From contig OZ242326.1 of the NCBI GenBank assembly GCA_965208325.1, positions 928,001-992,000 of the forward strand: a stretch of 64,000 bases of DNA, read 5' to 3'. Shown one piece after another: positions 59,971 to 64,000 of this stretch. Each line of letters starts with the position of its first letter. The stretch's first letter is position 1. Both the position numbers and the translations under genes were made by a program. The notes under the pieces are model-generated. The model saw only the letters and a program-made list of their open reading frames with translations, searched no databases and was not told the origin of the DNA. The stretch comes from Candidatus Poribacteria bacterium. Lineage in GTDB: Bacteria; Poribacteria; WGA-4E; PCPOR2b.

Positions 59971-62202
59971 ATGAAACTAATCGAACCGATCCCAAATCCA
60001 GTCAGACAGAAGATACAGGGGTTACTTGCGCCCGGCGAAGATGAGCTAATCTGCGTATCTGCTGACGTGCGCGGCGATGGACGTTACGGATCGCGGTGGA
60101 TTGTGGTCACAGCCAAGCGCATCGTAATCACATCGGAAGATGCCGCTGATGATGTTGTACGCATACCCATTGAACAAGTCGCATCGGTGCGCACCGAACC
60201 CCTGGTCGGCGGCGTACGCTTGGAGATTGAGCGGAAGGCTAACTCTACCGCCTTTGTCCCGTACTCTAACTCCATGGCGGTGAAGTTCTCCGAAGTTGCG
60301 CGGGGCATTGAACAACTCCGCAAGCAGGAACCGTTCCAAATTGATAGTCAACTCGAGCGCACACGATGTGAAAAATGCGGCAGGCTGCTGCCTGAAAAGG
60401 ACGGCATCTGCCCCGCCTGCATTCAGCGATTAGCGACGCTGCGGCGAATCGGAAGCTACCTAATGCCCTATAAATGGCGTGCTGCACTTCTCGCAATGGC
60501 GTCTCTCATTGGAACGCTGACAGAGATTTTACCGCCTCTGATTACCCGACACATCGTGGACGATGCGTTGGTACCGGCGAAAGAATCGGCCATCGGCATG
60601 GAGGAACGGTTAGCGCTGCTCGGTTGGTTTGTGCTGGGCTTAGTTGGGGTGCGGGTGTTGGGTTGGGGTGCGGAATGGGTACACGGCTGGACGGTGACCT
60701 GGTTGGGCGCCCGCGTCACAGCCGATATCCGAAGCCGGCTATACCGGCAACTCGAGCTGCTTTCGCTGCAGTTTTATGATAAACGGCAGGTCGGCGCGGT
60801 GATGTCGCGCGTGACAAGAGACGCCGGCAGGTTACAGGACTTCCTCGTGGATGGCATGCCCTATCTGATCATCAACGGCTTGATGATTGTCGGCATACTC
60901 GTATTCCTGTTTTTGATGAGTTGGCGGTTGACACTATACATTTTATTGCCGATCCCGATTCTGCTGGCGTGGGGAGTCCTCTTCTGGCGGCGGATGCGCC
61001 GGTACTTCCATAAGTGGGATCAGCGATGGTCGGATCTCATGTCTACGGTGAACGAAACGCTCTCCGGTATTCGGGTGGTAAAGGCATTCGCACAGGAGAT
61101 TCGGGAGGTTACCTCGTTTAATAGACGCAATAAGGTGCTGCGGCGGATTGCCGTAAGGACGGAAATTAACTGGGAAATCTTTTTCGCCACATCGAGTCTT
61201 GTGACTAGTTTGGGGGTACTGATAATTTGGCTTTTCGGAGGGATGGAGATGTTCAAGGGCGAGTTTTCTATCGGTAAGCTACTTGCATTCTACGGCTTCA
61301 TGTGGCTCGTCTACGGTCCCATCCAATGGTTCGGGCAGGTCAACAACTGGATGACACGGGCGTTCGCCGGCGCCGAGCGAATCTTCGAGGTCATCGACAC
61401 GCCGCCTGAAGCTTACGACGATGCAGACGCCGTACCCATGCCCAACATTGAGGGCAGGATTGATTTTCAAAAAGTCACGTTTGGTTACGATAAGAGCAAG
61501 CCGGTGCTGCATGAAATTAATCTCGAAGTCACACCGGGGGAGATGGTAGGACTTGTCGGCAAGTCAGGCGTGGGTAAGACGACCACGGTGAACCTAATCT
61601 CCCGGTTTTATGACGTCGATCACGGCGCAATTGAGATTGACGGCGTGGATAACCGAAAAATCCGGTTGGAAGATTTGCGCAGCCAGATTGGTATCGTTGC
61701 CCAAGAACCTTTTCTGTTCAGCGGAACAATTTCTGAGAACATCGGCTACGGCAAACCCGGCGCAAGTTTTGACGAACTCATGGACGCCGCACAAGCCGCC
61801 AACGCTCACAACTTTATCGTCTCCAAGCCAGACGGTTATGATACGCAGGTGGGAGAACGGGGAAACAACCTGTCAGGCGGTGAAAAGCAGCGAATCGCTA
61901 TCGCACGCGCTATCCTCCACAATCCGAGGATTCTAATTTTGGATGAAGCGACTTCGTCGGTGGACGTGGAGACGGAAAAGCAGATTCAGGACGCCGTTGC
62001 TCGACTAACCAAGGGCCGCACCACCATCGCAATCGCCCACCGGCTGTCAACGCTGCGGAACGCGAGCCGGCTAGTGGTGCTTGATGAAGGACGCATCGTG
62101 GAGATAGGAACACACAGCGAATTGATGGAAAAACGAGGGGTTTTCTACGACCTTGTGCAATTACAGCGGCAGACGTCAGAGATTATCGCCGTGCAAGCGT
62201 AG
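59971..62202 (+). CDS. type IV ABC exporter (TMD+NBD) with N-terminal beta-rich domain and CxxC-x10-CxxC Zn ribbon
   Basis: RCEKCGRLLPEKDGICPAC; 6-TM domain; GKSGVGKT, LSGGEKQR, ILDEATS, IAHRL. Confidence 0.92.
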   Translation: MKLIEPIPNPVRQKIQGLLAPGEDELICVSADVRGDGRYGSRWIVVTAKRIVITSEDAADDVVRIPIEQVASVRTEPLVGGVRLEIERKANSTAFVPYSNSMAVKFSEVARGIEQLRKQEPFQIDSQLERTRCEKCGRLLPEKDGICPACIQRLATLRRIGSYLMPYKWRAALLAMASLIGTLTEILPPLITRHIVDDALVPAKESAIGMEERLALLGWFVLGLVGVRVLGWGAEWVHGWTVTWLGARVTADIRSRLYRQLELLSLQFYDKRQVGAVMSRVTRDAGRLQDFLVDGMPYLIINGLMIVGILVFLFLMSWRLTLYILLPIPILLAWGVLFWRRMRRYFHKWDQRWSDLMSTVNETLSGIRVVKAFAQEIREVTSFNRRNKVLRRIAVRTEINWEIFFATSSLVTSLGVLIIWLFGGMEMFKGEFSIGKLLAFYGFMWLVYGPIQWFGQVNNWMTRAFAGAERIFEVIDTPPEAYDDADAVPMPNIEGRIDFQKVTFGYDKSKPVLHEINLEVTPGEMVGLVGKSGVGKTTTVNLISRFYDVDHGAIEIDGVDNRKIRLEDLRSQIGIVAQEPFLFSGTISENIGYGKPGASFDELMDAAQAANAHNFIVSKPDGYDTQVGERGNNLSGGEKQRIAIARAILHNPRILILDEATSSVDVETEKQIQDAVARLTKGRTTIAIAHRLSTLRNASRLVVLDEGRIVEIGTHSELMEKRGVFYDLVQLQRQTSEIIAVQA

Positions 62203-62394
62203 CGTCTGTAATCCGCATTTTTACATTTACACTGTCATTGGCGAATTCTGGATACTGGCATCTTGGGGCTTAGCGCTTTTTTGAACAATAGGCGACCGTG
62301 CCATTCTTGGGCATTTGAGTTGGTATAACTGGTGGAAATTCTATCGCGCGGGATTTATTATCGCCTAAGCTATACGGTCAGTAGATCCAATTCA

Positions 62395-63185
62395 GTGTGC
62401 GCAGGGCAGGATGCCCAGCCTACAAGGCGTGGTGGTGTGCGCAGGGCAGGATGATTCGCCTACAGGGCCTAGTCGTGGGCGCGCGGAAAGATGCCGCGCC
62501 TACAGGGCCTGGTCGTGGGCGCGGGGAAAGATTACCCGCCTACAAGGCCTGGTCGTGGGCGCGCGGAAAGATTACCCGCCTATAGGGCGTGGTCGCGTGG
62601 GCGCGCGGCAAGATGCCGTGCCTACAGGGCCTGGTCGTGGGCGCAGGGCAGGATGATTCGCCTACAGGGCCTAGTCGTGGGCGCGCGGCAAGATGCCGCG
62701 CCTACAGGGCCTAGTCGTGGGCGCAGGGCAGGATGATTCGCCTACAGGGCCTAGTCGTGGGCGCGCGGCAAGATGACCCGCCTACAGGGCCTGGTGGTGG
62801 GCGCAGGGCAGGATGCCCAGCCTACAAGGCGTGGTGGTGGGCGCAGGGCAGGATGATTTGCCTACAGGGCCTAGTCGTGGGCGCGCGGCAAGATGCCGCG
62901 CCTACAGGGCCTGGTCGTGGGCGCAGGGCAAGATGCACCGCCTACAAGGCGTGGGCGTGTACGCGGGGAAAGATGCCCCGCCTACAGGGCGTGGTCGTGG
63001 GCGCGCGGCAAGATGACCCGCCTACAGGGCGTGGTCGCGTGCGCGCAGGGCAAGATGCACCGCCTACAGGGCCTGGTGGGCGCGGGGAAAGATGACCCGC
63101 CTACAAGGCCTGGTCGTGGGCGCGCGGCAAGATGCCGCGCCTACAGGGCGTGGACGTGGGCGCGGGGAAAGATGACCCGCCTACG
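62395..63185. repeat. tandem array of 20 ~40-bp REP-like palindromic units
   Basis: GCCTA(C/T) recurs 20 times at ~40-bp period; core GCGCGGCA-AGA-TGCCGCGC-CTAC is a GTAG-family REP read on the minus strand. Confidence 0.95.
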
Positions 63186-63204
63186 GAGGGTCGTGCCGTG
63201 ATAT

Positions 63205-63230
63205 GGGCTACCACAAGGGTTGCCCCTACA
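63205..63230 (-). repeat. single GTAG-family REP of a different type
   Basis: reverse complement TGTAGGGGCAACCCTTGTGGTAGCCC. Confidence 0.75.
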
Positions 63231-63409
63231 GAAAATGAATCCGATGCAGGAGCGTCGCGCTATACACTGCCGCCCTCAGGTGTCATTTTAAGGCAATTTT
63301 TTTAACAAGTTCTAAAGGTTAGTAATTCTATCGCACCCCACGAAAATGCCGCGTGTCTGCACGGCATTCAATCGTGCCAGCACAAACCGGCACCTATGGA
63401 ATAACAATA

Positions 63410-64000
63410 ATGCAACCGTTTATCGAATCGCCGCCTCCTGAGGTGGATGCGAAACTGCAAAGCGCGAAACCTTCGGAAGAACAAGTTCTTATCCAGGTCA
63501 CTGCAGATTTCTCCGATGACCAAGCATACGGGGAAAAGTGGTTGGTCGCAACCAAACTGCGCGTGCTGGTCGTTCCGGCTGACGGCGCCGTTGAAGAAAT
63601 ACGGCTCGACGCAATTCAGGATGTCAAAACCGAAGAGCTGGTCGGCGGCGGCTGCCTAGTCGTGGAACGTAAATCGGGCGCACCCGTCTACTTGCACTAT
63701 TCCAGCTCTTTAATTCCAAAATTCGCCGAGGTGGCGCAAGGAATTGGTCAACTCTCCAAAGGCAAACCGCTTGAACTGCCGACGGAGATGGAACGGACGC
63801 GATGCGATAAGTGCGGACGGCTGCTCCCGGAGAAAGACAGCAAATGCGTAGCCTGCATTAAAAAATGGCACACCTTAATGCGAATCCAGAGCTACGTTAA
63901 CCCTTACCGCGTTCAACTCACGTTTGTTGTGGTAATAACAGTGATTGGCGTGTTGATAAATTTGCTTCCGCCGCTAATTACTGAACGCATCATCGACGAT
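63410..64000 (+). CDS. paralogous ABC exporter, 5' part running off the window
   Basis: own translation MQPFIESPP...YGEKWLVAT...EELVGGG...KFAEVAQGI...ERTRCDKCGRLLPEKDSKCVAC...LLPPLITERIIDD aligns with the N-terminus of 59971. Confidence 0.9.
   Translation, partial: MQPFIESPPPEVDAKLQSAKPSEEQVLIQVTADFSDDQAYGEKWLVATKLRVLVVPADGAVEEIRLDAIQDVKTEELVGGGCLVVERKSGAPVYLHYSSSLIPKFAEVAQGIGQLSKGKPLELPTEMERTRCDKCGRLLPEKDSKCVACIKKWHTLMRIQSYVNPYRVQLTFVVVITVIGVLINLLPPLITERIIDD

Noticed and set aside
62395..63185. CRISPR or TIGR-like guide array
   Set aside because: No unique spacers: the variable segments are a few recurring alleles of palindrome arms, and no cas or effector gene lies in the window.
62397..63201. 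Overlapping Arg/Gly-rich ORFs in all three + frames
   Set aside because: By-product of a stop-poor GC-rich 40-bp repeat whose period is not a multiple of 3; no RBS.

Overview
Bacterial chromosomal window of about 50% GC with roughly 45 CDS and no recognisable rRNA, tRNA or CRISPR-cas. The gene content (secreted LamG proteins ending in a 'KLAT.WG.LK' tail, PhyH dioxygenases, Gfo/Idh/MocA enzymes) suggests Ca. Poribacteria; this is an inference. Housekeeping and metabolic genes include lsrF-like aldolase, yvcK, glmM-like mutase, tRNA nucleotidyltransferase, trpS, scpAB, two thrC, xylonate dehydratase, recD2, egtD with a betaine-type ABC importer, archease and an NtrB/NtrC-type two-component pair. 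The most unusual signals are: (1) a ~340-nt ORF-poor, nested-helix RNA candidate with its own near-consensus promoter and intrinsic terminator (59479-59856); (2) a ~30-bp hairpin element with tandem GA pairs and compensatory changes, inserted about 10 times into other REP-like repeats (54504-58733); (3) a 20-unit, 40-bp tandem array of mosaic REP-like palindromes between two paralogous Zn-ribbon ABC exporter genes; (4) six tandem LamG genes with a variable loop and a shared C-terminal tail; (5) a DUF4097-CBM9-POTRA-Omp85 fusion; (6) a sigma54 promoter with upstream activator sites driving a structured leader and tiny ORFs; (7) an attenuator-like leader before the second thrC. Small gnd and phage terminase relics are also present. 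All calls were made by eye; no searches or folding programs were run.
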